DNA from: Chloroflexota bacterium
Lineage (GTDB): Bacteria > Chloroflexota > UBA11872
Reading direction: 5' to 3'
DNA: 64,000 bases
Assembly: GCA_011523785.1 (NCBI GenBank)
Contig: WTFW01000120.1
Span: 12,114 to 76,113 of the forward strand
Shown here: positions 1-10,078 of the stretch, piece after piece
How positions within the stretch are numbered: position 1 is the first letter of the stretch
Layout: the number at the start of each line of letters is the position of its first letter
The notes under the pieces: generated by a model
Seen by the model: the letters and a program-made list of their open reading frames with translations, nothing else
Database searches by the model: none
Told to the model about the DNA's origin: nothing
Made by a program: the position numbers and the translations under genes

Positions 1-1026
1 CTCGCTCCAGGCCAGCGTGTTGGTCAGCGCTGCATGCAACCGGCTGTTGGCCGGAATCTGATCCATCCCGGCCCGCACCGCCTCCAGCGGGTCATCCAGG
101 CTGAACGCCGCCGCAATCGCCGCCGCCGCCCACATTTCCCCGTAGATTCCGTTCTTCACGTGCGACAAGGCCGCATCCCGAAACGCCAGCGCCGCCGCGT
201 CTTTAGGCCGGCCCGGATGCACCCAGCCCAACAGGTCGGCCCGAATCTGCGCGCCAATCCATTCGCGATACGGATTCCGAGTCGTCGCCGCCTCGCTGGT
301 CGGCAGTCCAACAACGAGGTTGCGGTAAGCAGCCCGCTCAGCCGTATACACGCGCCAGTACGGCAGCATTTCCAGCCACGACTGACCGAAGTCGGCCGTG
401 GTCACGCCGGGGCCATAGGTCTCCAGGATCTCCAGCGCCAGGATGCAGTAGTCGATGTCGTCGTCACGCGGAACCCCATTGATTCGCCCCTGCGCCGAAT
501 ACACCGCCGACGGGTGCCAGGCACGACCAGTGGGATTGGGATCCAGGTACGGCACATAGAAACGCAGGTCCCCAATGTCCGCCGCGTCCAGCAGCTCTCG
601 AATTTCGGCGCGCGACCAGCCCTCCACCGGCTTCCCCAGCGTGCAGCCGGCGCAGCGCCCAATCCAGGCGCCGCGCAGGCGCCGCTCGTAGTCGCCGTCG
701 TCTGCTGCGCGAACGGAACGTCCGTCCGGCCGTGCAGCCTGAATCTCCGCCAGGACGCTTGGTTCCTCGTACTTGAAGCCTGACCGCATTGGCAGGCCTT
801 CCAGCCGGGCGAGGTGGGTCTCAACGGTGGCGATGTCCATCGACAGCACATCCGCCGCTAACACTTCGGCCACAGCGGCCTCGACGTCGCGGCCTTCCTC
901 GTCGAGCTGAATCAGCTCGTCCACCAACGTCTTACGCAGGTTGACGGCAGGATCGTCCGGTCGCCGCCGCCGGTATTGCTCCTGCAACTGCCGGTCGACT
1001 CGCTCACGAAGCTCCAGGATTCCCAT
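1..1026 (-). CDS. ADP-ribosylglycohydrolase family protein (3' end runs off the window)
   Basis: Not in ORF track; translated by hand from ATG 1026 (GGAGG RBS upstream): MGILELRERV...GAWIGRCAGCTLGKPVEGW...PRDDDIDY...TAERAAYRNL...NPYREWIGAQIRAD...ALSHVKNGIYGEM. Confidence 0.85.
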   Translation of the reverse strand, partial: MGILELRERVDRQLQEQYRRRRPDDPAVNLRKTLVDELIQLDEEGRDVEAAVAEVLAADVLSMDIATVETHLARLEGLPMRSGFKYEEPSVLAEIQAARPDGRSVRAADDGDYERRLRGAWIGRCAGCTLGKPVEGWSRAEIRELLDAADIGDLRFYVPYLDPNPTGRAWHPSAVYSAQGRINGVPRDDDIDYCILALEILETYGPGVTTADFGQSWLEMLPYWRVYTAERAAYRNLVVGLPTSEAATTRNPYREWIGAQIRADLLGWVHPGRPKDAAALAFRDAALSHVKNGIYGEMWAAAAIAAAFSLDDPLEAVRAGMDQIPANSRLHAALTNTLAWSE

Positions 1027-1093
1027 CAACCGTTTCCTCCTTCGCCAGCGCCAAGGGTATTTCGAACCAAGAAGTCGGAGGCCAGTCTCAGAG

Positions 1094-1549
1094 TCAATGG
1101 CGCCGGCGCTGATGTCGAGTGACTGTGTCGACCTGTTCGACCAACCAGGTCGGCGTCCTCTCGTGGGCCAGGATCTCGTCCGCGGTCATCCAGTTGATCT
1201 CCTCTATCTCACCTGGATCAGCGATTCGTGGCTCTCCCGTTTCGTATTTCCCAAGAAACAGAACATCTAGGACGGGAGTCCCATCCGGCAGATTGAAGAC
1301 GCTGCTCCGCACGTATTCGATCTCCGCCGAAATCGAAATACCGGTTTCCTCGAACACCTCACGCCGGACTGTTGATTCCAGAACGCTCTCAGACTCATCC
1401 TCTGCTTCCACTTTGCCGCCGGGAAACGCCAGCACTCCCGAGGCGTGTCTTTCGGCGGCGCCCCTGGTAATCGTCAGGTATTTGTCGTGACGAAGAACAG
1501 CACATTGCGTGTTCACAACGAATTTCACCGGAATACCTGCGGTCAGCAT
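1094..1549 (-). CDS. NUDIX hydrolase
   Basis: Nudix box variant FPGGKVEAEDESESVLESTVRREVFEETG. Confidence 0.85.
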   Translation of the reverse strand: MLTAGIPVKFVVNTQCAVLRHDKYLTITRGAAERHASGVLAFPGGKVEAEDESESVLESTVRREVFEETGISISAEIEYVRSSVFNLPDGTPVLDVLFLGKYETGEPRIADPGEIEEINWMTADEILAHERTPTWLVEQVDTVTRHQRRRH

Positions 1550-1625
1550 TCGACGTAGGAATCTGGCTTCTGCACGCCCCGGCGCTCAATCTGACCAGAC
1601 TCTCCGCGGTGCGTTACGACTCCCA

Positions 1626-2801
1626 TCAACCCGCACCCCCGGCCGCGCTTCTCGCCGGACTAGGTGCCACTTGGCCGCTGCCCGTCCGGCCCGGAATCCA
1701 GCGTAGCGCTACCAGCACGGCGACCTGCGCCACCGCCATCAGCATGAACGCAACATTGAGACCGGCGGCGTCGCCCACGAAGCCGGTCAGCGGGTTACCG
1801 ATCACCGGAGCGCCAAACGCCACGCTGAGCACGATGCCGGTCACGACGCCCATACGATTGGGAGCCATCCGCTGCATCAGCAGAACCGTCGGGGTAAAGC
1901 CGGCCCCGATCAGCGCTCCCACGGCAGCTGCCGTCACGTAGGAGGTCGGCCCGATGGGCAGCAGCGCAAACGCCGCGATGAATGGAATGAGCAGTGCCGA
2001 TGAGACGCCTATCAAGCGCCGCGTGCCCAGGCGCTCGGCAAGAACGCCGCCGCCAAACGCGCCGGCGGCGTGAAAGCCGAAATAGAGAGACAGCAGGGAG
2101 CCGTACAAGAGCGGGTCAGGCTCTCCCGGCGAGACGAAGAAGGGGATGTATGTGTTGAGGCTTGCGTACGCCCAACCGCGGACAAATGCTATGACCAGGA
2201 TAGCGGCAAAGACGGCGCGGGTCGCATCTGGCATCGAAAAATTACCGCGGCTTGCTGCCTGCCGCGTGCTCGAAAACCCGCGCAGCCCGAACGGAAGCAG
2301 CGCAGCAATCAGCAGCGCCGGGGCTGCCATCAGGGGCATCCACTCCAGGCCGCTCGCCGCCAGGACCAGCCCGGCCGCCAGGGGTGCGGCAAAGAACCCC
2401 AGGTGCCCGCCCAGGAAGAACGTCGCCACGCTCGGGCCCTTGTTCTGGCGGGCGGCCTCGTTGGCAATGGCGCCGCCCTGGGGGTGATACCCGCCCACCG
2501 CTATTCCGGTAATCCCGAGCAGGAGCAACAGCACGGCGAACGACGGCGCGCGCGGCACCAACGCCATGAGCACCGCCATCACCGCGATTGTTCCGACGGC
2601 CAGCCATCGGCGTCCGAACCGATCGCCGAGGTACCCGAAGGGCGGTTGCGAGAGCGACGAGGTGAGCGCCCAGACTCCCGTGGCAATACCGATGAGCCCG
2701 TAGGAGTCCACGCCCAGCTGGAGCGCCAGAAACGGGTACATCATGTTGGGCAGATTCGCCGTGAAGTCCACCGCAAAGTGGCCCAGGGCCACCGTGGCCA
2801 C
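1626..2801 (-). CDS. MFS transporter (Fsr-like)
   Basis: About 12 hydrophobic segments; GHFAVD, QPPFGYLGDRFGRR, YHPQG motifs; start uncertain. Confidence 0.85.
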   Translation of the reverse strand: MATVALGHFAVDFTANLPNMMYPFLALQLGVDSYGLIGIATGVWALTSSLSQPPFGYLGDRFGRRWLAVGTIAVMAVLMALVPRAPSFAVLLLLLGITGIAVGGYHPQGGAIANEAARQNKGPSVATFFLGGHLGFFAAPLAAGLVLAASGLEWMPLMAAPALLIAALLPFGLRGFSSTRQAASRGNFSMPDATRAVFAAILVIAFVRGWAYASLNTYIPFFVSPGEPDPLLYGSLLSLYFGFHAAGAFGGGVLAERLGTRRLIGVSSALLIPFIAAFALLPIGPTSYVTAAAVGALIGAGFTPTVLLMQRMAPNRMGVVTGIVLSVAFGAPVIGNPLTGFVGDAAGLNVAFMLMAVAQVAVLVALRWIPGRTGSGQVAPSPARSAAGGAG

Positions 2802-2950
2802 CCAACGCCGGCCGGAGTCGAACCAGGAAATCTGTCGGCCTTCTCCCGTAAGCGCAGCGGCGGGCGCGCCCCAGGGCGATGGTACATTCGAGAGCCGTGC
2901 GCGCCGTGCCCCCGCGGCGCTTTCTCTCTTGAACTCGGAGCCGCTGCCGC

Positions 2951-5605
2951 ATGTCCGCCACTGAGCACAAGTGGGTCTACCTGTTCCGCGAAGGCGCTGA
3001 GTCCATGCGCAATCTCCTTGGCGGCAAAGGCGCCGGTTCCGCCGAGATGACCCGTGCCGGTATCCCCGTGCCGCCTGGCTTCACGATCACGACCGAGGCG
3101 TGTCTCGCCTACTACGAAGACGGCCGCAAGTTCCCGGCCGGCATGCAGCAGCAGATCGATCGCGCGCTCTACGAAGTCGAGATGCAGACCGGCAAGCGCT
3201 TCGGCGACCCCACCAATCCGCTTCTGGTTTCCGTGCGCTCAGGCGCGCGCGTGTCCATGCCCGGAATGATGGACACCGTGCTGAATCTTGGACTCAACGC
3301 CCGGACCCTCGAGGGTCTGACGACTCTCACCGGCGACGCGCGCTTCAGCCGCGACTCCTACCGGCGCTTCGTACAGGGCTTCGGCTCGATCGTCCTGGGT
3401 CTCGATAGTCGCTCCTTCGAAGACATCATTCACGAACACAAGGAGCGTCTCGGAAAGACCGATGACCCCGAACTGACCGCGACAGAGTGGGAGGCGGTAA
3501 CCGCCGATTTCAAGAGCTTCATCTTTGAAGAAACCGGTCAGAGATTCCCGGAGGACCCGCACGAGCAATTGGAACGCGCGATCCGCGCCGTCTTCGACTC
3601 CTGGCACGGCCGTCGTGCGGTCGACTACCGAAACTTCCACCGCTTGCCGCACGACTGGGGCACGGCCTGCAACGTGCAGACCATGGTCTTCGGGAATATG
3701 GGCGAGCGCTCGGGTACCGGCGTGGCGTTCACCCGCGACCCCAACGACGGCAAACCCGAGCTCTTCGGCGAGTACCTGCTCAACGCCCAGGGCGAAGACG
3801 TGGTCGCCGGCATCCGCACGCCGGAACAGATCAGCACGTTGCGCCAGACGCTGCCCGAGGTCTACGGCGAGTTCCAGGCCTACGCGCATGCCCTCGAGGC
3901 CCATTACGCCGAGATGCAGGACCTTGAGTTCACGATTGAGGACGGCCGCCTCTTCATGCTGCAGACCCGCGCCGGCAAGCGCAGTCCGGCGGCCGCCGTA
4001 CGCATTGCCGTGGACATGGTCCACGAGGGCAAGATCGACCGCGAGACCGCCGTTCGCCGCGTCGAGGCCGAGCAGGTCAGCGCACTCCTGCACCCGCGCA
4101 TTGACGCATCAACGCCCGTGGACCCAATTGCCCGCGGACTCAATGCGTCCCCGGGCGCCGCGACCGGCGAAGTGGCGTTCACCGCCGACGATGCCGCCGC
4201 GCTGGCCGAGGAAGGCCACCCGGTCATCCTGGTGCGCCCCGAGACGTCGCCCGACGACTTCCACGGCATGGCCGCCTCGCAGGCCATTCTCACCTCGCGC
4301 GGAGGCGCCACCAGCCACGCGGCCATCGTGGCCCGCCAGCTTGGGCTGCCGGCCGTCGTCGGCTGTGAGGTTCTCGAGATTGACCTCGAGGCCGGCCGAT
4401 TTCGGGTAGGTAGCGAGGTCGTGTCGGCCGGCGATGTCCTCACGATAGACGGCACGCTCGGCAACGTGATCCGGGGCGAAGTCCCGCTAATCCCCGGCGA
4501 AATGACGCAGGAACTCCACGAGTTGCTCAGTTGGGCCGACGAAATCCGCCGGCTCCAAGTCTGGGGGAATGCCGACACGCCCGAAGAAGCGGAACTCGCC
4601 CGGTCGTACGGTGCGCAGGGCATCGGCCTTTGTCGCACCGAGCATATGTTTCGTGAAGGCGACCGCTTGCCCATCGTGCAGGACATGATCCTGGCCGAAT
4701 CCGAGGCCGAGCGACGTCGCGCGCTCGACCGCCTGCTGCCCATTCAGCGCGATGACTTCATCGGCATTCTGCGGGCAATGCATGGCCTACCGGTGATCAT
4801 TCGCCTGCTCGATCCGCCGCTGCACGAATTCCTGAGCGGGGTGGAAGACGAACTGGCCGGCCTGGAGGAGAGCGGCGCGTCAGAGACCGAACTGGCGCTC
4901 GCCCGTCGCAAGGTTGCGCGCGCCGCCGAGTTGCACGAGTTCAATCCCATGTTGGGCTTGCGCGGCTGCCGCCTTGGTCTGGTCTATCCAGAGGTTTACG
5001 AGATGCAGGTCCAGGCCATCGTGGAGGCCGCGTTGCAACTAAAGGCCGAGGCCGTGCATGTACTGCCGGAAATCATGATTCCGCTCATCGGCCACATTTC
5101 CGAGCTCACGACCATCGAGTCCCGCCTGCGCGCGACGGCCGAGCACGTGCAGCAACGAGTCGGCGACCGGATCGACTACAAGTTCGGAACCATGCTGGAA
5201 GTGCCGCGGGCCTGTCTGACCGCAACCGAGATCGCCGGTGTCGCGGAGTTCTTCAGCTTTGGAACCAACGACCTCACGCAGACCACATTCGGCATCAGCC
5301 GCGACGACGCCGAAGGACGTTTCCTGCTCAAGTACGTGGAAGACGGCATCCTCGTCGACAACCCGTTCGGTGTGCTTGACCGCGAAGGCGTTGGGTCGCT
5401 CATGCGCACCGCCACCGAGCAGGGCCGCGCCGCCCGCGCTGACATCGAGGTTGGAATCTGCGGCGAGCATGGCGGCGACCCGTCGTCCATCGACTTCTGC
5501 GAGTCGCTGGGCCTGGACTACGTCAGTGCCTCCCCGTACCGCGTACCGGTGGCCCGCATCGCGGCCGCGCACGCACGCCTGGAGCAGGGATTCCGCGACC
5601 GGTAG
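2951..5605 (+). CDS. ppdK: Pyruvate, phosphate dikinase
   Basis: LLGGKGA, PLLVSVRSGARVSMPGMMDT, phospho-His motif GGATSHAAIVAR, GIGLCRTEHMF, GICGEHGGDP; 884 aa. Confidence 0.98.
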   Translation: MSATEHKWVYLFREGAESMRNLLGGKGAGSAEMTRAGIPVPPGFTITTEACLAYYEDGRKFPAGMQQQIDRALYEVEMQTGKRFGDPTNPLLVSVRSGARVSMPGMMDTVLNLGLNARTLEGLTTLTGDARFSRDSYRRFVQGFGSIVLGLDSRSFEDIIHEHKERLGKTDDPELTATEWEAVTADFKSFIFEETGQRFPEDPHEQLERAIRAVFDSWHGRRAVDYRNFHRLPHDWGTACNVQTMVFGNMGERSGTGVAFTRDPNDGKPELFGEYLLNAQGEDVVAGIRTPEQISTLRQTLPEVYGEFQAYAHALEAHYAEMQDLEFTIEDGRLFMLQTRAGKRSPAAAVRIAVDMVHEGKIDRETAVRRVEAEQVSALLHPRIDASTPVDPIARGLNASPGAATGEVAFTADDAAALAEEGHPVILVRPETSPDDFHGMAASQAILTSRGGATSHAAIVARQLGLPAVVGCEVLEIDLEAGRFRVGSEVVSAGDVLTIDGTLGNVIRGEVPLIPGEMTQELHELLSWADEIRRLQVWGNADTPEEAELARSYGAQGIGLCRTEHMFREGDRLPIVQDMILAESEAERRRALDRLLPIQRDDFIGILRAMHGLPVIIRLLDPPLHEFLSGVEDELAGLEESGASETELALARRKVARAAELHEFNPMLGLRGCRLGLVYPEVYEMQVQAIVEAALQLKAEAVHVLPEIMIPLIGHISELTTIESRLRATAEHVQQRVGDRIDYKFGTMLEVPRACLTATEIAGVAEFFSFGTNDLTQTTFGISRDDAEGRFLLKYVEDGILVDNPFGVLDREGVGSLMRTATEQGRAARADIEVGICGEHGGDPSSIDFCESLGLDYVSASPYRVPVARIAAAHARLEQGFRDR

Positions 5606-5633
5606 CGCGCGCAGACGTTCTCCGAGCCGCAAT

Positions 5634-6455
5634 GTGACTGAATTTATCGTCAGGCGGCACCCGGATGCGAAGGCGTTTCTTGCGCGAGCGCAGGGGCACC
5701 TCGTTGGGCGAGAAGCCGAAAACGTGCTCATGCTCGGGATGGCATCGAGCGCGACCGAGGCCGAGCACGCGCTGACCGTGGATCGCGGCGGAGTCTGCGT
5801 CATGGCGGCGCTGCAGTCCGGGGCGAATCTGATCCTGTCTCGCGGGCAGCCGGGAGCCGTTGAAGCGCTGGCCGAGCAGTTGAGCCTGGACACTTCCTCA
5901 CTTCCCGGCGTCATTGGTCCGGCCAGAACGACCGCGAGCTTCCTGGAGAGCTGGCACGCGCGCACGGGTCACGAGACGCGTTTCCAAATGCACGCGCGCG
6001 TCCACGAACTGACCGAGGTCATCCCACCCAGACGACCGCCTGGAGTGTTCAGACGGGCTGCCAATTCCGACGTGGAACCGCTGGCCCGGTGGGCCGATGC
6101 CCTGAACATTGAACTGCGGTCCGAGGACCCGCCACCTGGCGAACAGAGCGTGAGAAGGCGCATCGGCCTCGGACGCATGTACGTCTGGGACAACGGGGGA
6201 CCTGTGTCGATGGCCGCCTGCGATGGGCCCACCCCGCGCGGCATCAGGATCAACTTCGTTTACACCCCGCCGGAACATCGAGCCCGTGGGTACGCCTCGG
6301 CTTGCGTCGCGGACCTCAGTCAGCTGCTGCTCAACGAAGGCCGCCGGTTCTGCGCGCTGTTCACGGACCTGGCCAATCCCGTTTCCAACCGGCTATACGC
6401 GCGGTTGGGCTACCGGCCGATCTGTGACTTCGACGAGTACATCTTTGTGCCGTAG
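5634..6455 (+). CDS. GNAT family N-acetyltransferase
   Basis: VYTPPEHRARGYAS acetyl-CoA motif, LFTDLANPVSNRLYARLGY; start moved to GTG 5634. Confidence 0.85.
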   Translation: MTEFIVRRHPDAKAFLARAQGHLVGREAENVLMLGMASSATEAEHALTVDRGGVCVMAALQSGANLILSRGQPGAVEALAEQLSLDTSSLPGVIGPARTTASFLESWHARTGHETRFQMHARVHELTEVIPPRRPPGVFRRAANSDVEPLARWADALNIELRSEDPPPGEQSVRRRIGLGRMYVWDNGGPVSMAACDGPTPRGIRINFVYTPPEHRARGYASACVADLSQLLLNEGRRFCALFTDLANPVSNRLYARLGYRPICDFDEYIFVP

Positions 6456-6556
6456 CGCGCGCTGCTCGGACAACCGCGCGCGCTCGAAACGCGACGCTCA
6501 CGGCGCCTAACCTGTACGGCGCGGCACGTCGAACGGTGGCTTAAGCTCGGCTTGAG

Positions 6557-8413
6557 ATGGCGACGCCGGTAGAGGAAGTCAAGGCCCGGCTGGACGCGGT
6601 CGAGTACATCGGCCGAGACGTTCGGCTGCAGCGCGCCGGCCGTAACTGGAAGGGCCTGTGCCCCTTCCACAGCGAGAAGACTCCGTCCTTCTTCGTCTTT
6701 CCCGACCGTGGAAGCTACAAGTGCTTCGGCTGCGGCGAGGGTGGCGACCTGCTCACGTACGTGATGCGCCGCAATCGCATCGAGTTTCCCGACGCTCTGG
6801 GCGAACTCGCCCGCGAAGCCGGCATCGAGATCCAACGCGGACCCGCCGATCCCGAACGCCGCGGGCGCCAAAACGCGATGCTCGCTCTGCTGGCGGAGGC
6901 GCAGAAGTTCTTGCACCGTCAACTCCTGGAGTCGCCGACCGCCGAGGAAGCACGGGTCTATGTGCGGACGCGAGGGCTGGCAGACAAGACAGTCGTGCGA
7001 TTCGGATTGGGCTACGCCAGCGCACACGGCTCACCGCTCCTGGCGCATCTGCGTGAGCTTGGCTTCAAGGACGATGCCATCGAAGCCGCCGGCTTGGCCC
7101 GCTCCGACGAGCGCGGCTACCGCGACTACCTGTTCGACCGCCTGATCTTCCCCATCTGGAACCGCTCCGGGGCCGTCGTCGGCTTCGGAGGCCGAACGCT
7201 TCGAGACATCGAGCCGAAATACCTGAACACTCGCGATTCCGAGGTCTTTACAAAGGGCCATCTCCTGTACGGCTACCACCTGGCTCGCGACGCCGTTCGC
7301 GAGGAACGCACCGCGGTCATCGTCGAGGGCTACATGGACGTGATTGCCGCGCATGAAGCCGGCTTCACCAACACCGTGGCCTCCATGGGCACCTCACTTA
7401 CCCCCCAGCAGGCCCGCATGCTCACGACTTCCGGCGCGTCGCGGGTGGTCATTGCCCTGGATGCTGACGCGGCCGGCGCGGCGGCTGCCCGCCGCGGGCT
7501 GGACGTCGTTCGCGAGGCCGGCGACTACGAGTCCGGAACCACGGTCGACGTCCGTGGTCTTGTCCGGCACGAGGATCGCCTCACCACGGATATCGCGATC
7601 GCCGAGCTACCGGTTGGCGACGACCCGGACTCCTTGGTTCGCTCCAAGCCGGAGCGCTGGCGAGATCTCATTGCCAGCCCCACGCCACTGGCCGACTTTG
7701 CCTTTCGCTGGGCCGGTGGTCAGCACGATCTTGGCAGTCTGAGCGGTCGGCGTGCGGCAATGCGTGAACTCTTGCCGATCGTTTCCGAGATAAGCGACGC
7801 CGTGGTTCGCGCGCACTACTTCGGGCGTCTGTCCGAGTTGAGCGGTGTACCAGTTGACGAACTGCGGCGAATGGCAGCTCGCGACGGCCGGCGCGGCGCA
7901 CCCCGCGCGGCGGCTCGCAGCACCCAGGAGACCGCTGTGGCGGCGCCGATGCTGATGGACCGGCTGGAAGAGGGGCTCTTGCGCTGCGTCGCCAGAGCTG
8001 GCGTGGGGAACGCTGAACTGGTCAGTCGACTCGATCCGGCGCTGCTAACAGATCCCGCAGCGAGGCACATCCTGGCGCGAATCGTGGCTCACGCTCGCGA
8101 GCACGACGATCTCGACTGGGAACGCATAAGCGCGACCCTCGACCCTACGTCGCAGCAGCGTCTGACCGCCGTTTTGGAACGCGCGGCGGAGGCTCCCGGC
8201 GGCGACGCATCCCTGAGCTTGGAACTGCAGTTCGCAACGCTCCGCCTGCGTGAGCGACGGCTGAATGCCGAACTCGAGGAAACCCGGCTCGCGGCAGACG
8301 GTGACGCCGCCGTTCCGATCACAGCCCGGCGTCGGGAATTGATCAGCGAGATGGATAGCGTCCATCGCGCCAAGCTGGAGTTGATCGGCGCGCGCAGCTT
8401 TGCAGCCGGCTAA
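6557..8413 (+). CDS. dnaG: DNA primase
   Basis: Zinc finger CPFHSEKTPSF...CFGC, PKYLNT, TOPRIM VEGYMDV and LDADAAG. Confidence 0.97.
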   Translation: MATPVEEVKARLDAVEYIGRDVRLQRAGRNWKGLCPFHSEKTPSFFVFPDRGSYKCFGCGEGGDLLTYVMRRNRIEFPDALGELAREAGIEIQRGPADPERRGRQNAMLALLAEAQKFLHRQLLESPTAEEARVYVRTRGLADKTVVRFGLGYASAHGSPLLAHLRELGFKDDAIEAAGLARSDERGYRDYLFDRLIFPIWNRSGAVVGFGGRTLRDIEPKYLNTRDSEVFTKGHLLYGYHLARDAVREERTAVIVEGYMDVIAAHEAGFTNTVASMGTSLTPQQARMLTTSGASRVVIALDADAAGAAAARRGLDVVREAGDYESGTTVDVRGLVRHEDRLTTDIAIAELPVGDDPDSLVRSKPERWRDLIASPTPLADFAFRWAGGQHDLGSLSGRRAAMRELLPIVSEISDAVVRAHYFGRLSELSGVPVDELRRMAARDGRRGAPRAAARSTQETAVAAPMLMDRLEEGLLRCVARAGVGNAELVSRLDPALLTDPAARHILARIVAHAREHDDLDWERISATLDPTSQQRLTAVLERAAEAPGGDASLSLELQFATLRLRERRLNAELEETRLAADGDAAVPITARRRELISEMDSVHRAKLELIGARSFAAG

Positions 8414-8458
8414 AGAATCCTGGGACTCGACAGGTCCGCAAGACGCGTCGGCTTGGCG

Positions 8459-8791
8459 CTATGCCCCGTTCAGCGCCTGGTCCAGGGCCGCGGCCAGGTC
8501 TGACTTCGGACGGAACCCGACGATGCGTCCGACTTCCGCGCCGTCGTTGAACACCAGGAGCGTTGGGATGCCGCGAATGCCGAACTGCCCGGGCGTCATG
8601 GGGTTGGCGTCAACGTCCACCTTGGCGAAGGCCACACGACCGTCGTACTCCTCGGCCAGTTCGTCCACGATCGGGGCGATCATCTTGCAGGGACCGCACC
8701 ACTCGGCCCAGAAGTCCACCAGGACCGGCGTGGAGGCTTCGAGCACCTTGGACTGGAAATCGCTGTCGCCGACCGCTTCGGGCGCTGCCAT
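8459..8791 (-). CDS. trxA: Thioredoxin
   Basis: [23 protein letters not shown]; ATG 8791 with GAGGAG RBS, 110 aa. Confidence 0.95.
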   Translation of the reverse strand: MAAPEAVGDSDFQSKVLEASTPVLVDFWAEWCGPCKMIAPIVDELAEEYDGRVAFAKVDVDANPMTPGQFGIRGIPTLLVFNDGAEVGRIVGFRPKSDLAAALDQALNGA

Positions 8792-8872
8792 CGGAACTCC
8801 TCGGAGTATTACCAGACGTTCTGATTCGAGCGTAGGCAGGCCGATGCGCGAAGTCAACGGAAGTCCATCCCG

Positions 8873-9499
8873 ATGACTGCCCCACGGTTCTCGGTCGTCA
8901 TCCTGGCCGGTGGGCAGAGCCGGCGCATGGGGCGCGACAAGCGCGCGCTGCCCTGGGCGCCGGCGGCTGACGGCTCGCCGCAGACGCTGCTTGGCCACGT
9001 GGTGGCCACCGTCTCGAGGCTGACGGACGATGTGGTGCTGGTGGCCAACGATGACCCGGGGGTAACGGGCGCGCGCGTCGTTGGCGACCTGTACCCGCGC
9101 TCCGGGAGCCTGGGCGGCATCTATAGCGGACTTGCCGCCGCGGCCCATGACCTCGCGTTCGTTGCAGCTGCCGACATGCCATTTCTCAGCCCGCCGCTCA
9201 TTCTCGATCTCGTCGGGCAGGCATCTCGCGCGGACGCGGTGGTACCGGTGACCGGCGGCCGTCCGGAGCCGCTGCACGCGGTCTACCGAAAGACGGTATT
9301 GGCGCCGGCCCGCCGGCAGATTGAGCGGCGCGAACTGAAGATTGCGCTCGTATTCAACGGGATGTCGACCGTCGAAGTTCCGGAGGCCGAGGTGCGTAGG
9401 CTCGATCCGGACCTTCGGTCGTTCTGGAATCTCAATACGCCGGAGGAATACCAGCGCGCGTTGGTCTTAGCCGAAGACCACGGAGCTGGGGGCGCCTAA
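8873..9499 (+). CDS. mobA: Molybdenum cofactor guanylyltransferase
   Basis: [44 protein letters not shown]. Confidence 0.9.
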   Translation: MTAPRFSVVILAGGQSRRMGRDKRALPWAPAADGSPQTLLGHVVATVSRLTDDVVLVANDDPGVTGARVVGDLYPRSGSLGGIYSGLAAAAHDLAFVAAADMPFLSPPLILDLVGQASRADAVVPVTGGRPEPLHAVYRKTVLAPARRQIERRELKIALVFNGMSTVEVPEAEVRRLDPDLRSFWNLNTPEEYQRALVLAEDHGAGGA

Positions 9500-9511
9500 A
9501 CTGGCGGCACT

Positions 9512-10078
9512 ATATCTACGGGCCGACGACCGATCGACCTCGACCTAACGACGTTTCGACTTCGCATCCACGACGCCGCTGCTCGTCCGCTCCGCGTCAA
9601 CCGCGATGAGTCCGGATCGCTCGTCGAAATCCTGCGCACGGACTGGCCGGATGTATACGAGCACGAAAAGCGACCGTTCGCGCAGACCTACTTCTCCACC
9701 ACACCTGCGTGGCTGGCCCGCGACGAGGACGAATGGCACGTGCACCGGCACCAGGAAGACCGGTTCGTGGTGGCTGCCGGTGACATCATCCTGGCTCTTT
9801 GGGACGGTCGCGACGAGTCGCCGACCGCCCGCACGTTGGATCTCCTGCCGATGGGCCAATCCCAGCCAGACGACGCCCAGTACACAGTGCTGATTCCAAG
9901 GCTGGTCCACCACGGCTTCATGGTGGCGGGCGAGCGGCCAGCGATCCTTCTGAATTCGCCGACCCAGCTCTACAACCCGAGCGACGAAGGCCGCGACCCG
10001 TTCAGCGAGGTGGGGGCGACCTTCGACAGCGGCCAGCCGTTCAGCTGGGCGGCCGTCCGCGAAATCCTGCGCGGCTAG
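9512..10078 (+). CDS. dTDP-4-dehydrorhamnose 3,5-epimerase-like cupin (RmlC family); start codon non-canonical and uncertain
   Basis: Frame is open from 9500: IHDAAARPLRVNRDESGSLVEILRTDW...FAQTYFS...WHVHRHQEDRF...DGRDESPT...IPRLVHHGF. Confidence 0.75.
   Translation: MSTGRRPIDLDLTTFRLRIHDAAARPLRVNRDESGSLVEILRTDWPDVYEHEKRPFAQTYFSTTPAWLARDEDEWHVHRHQEDRFVVAAGDIILALWDGRDESPTARTLDLLPMGQSQPDDAQYTVLIPRLVHHGFMVAGERPAILLNSPTQLYNPSDEGRDPFSEVGATFDSGQPFSWAAVREILRG

Noticed and set aside
34-783. 249-aa plus-strand ORF and the many other long overlapping ORFs in the track (e.g. 12091-13269, 20095-21756, 26616-28274, 31590-33314, 54999-56375)
   Set aside because: Arg/Pro/Ala-rich shadow frames of well-supported genes, expected in high-GC DNA
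2801-2831. Possible ATT start extending the MFS gene, with a GGAG-containing RBS
   Set aside because: A usable GTG exists at 2801, so a non-canonical start is not required
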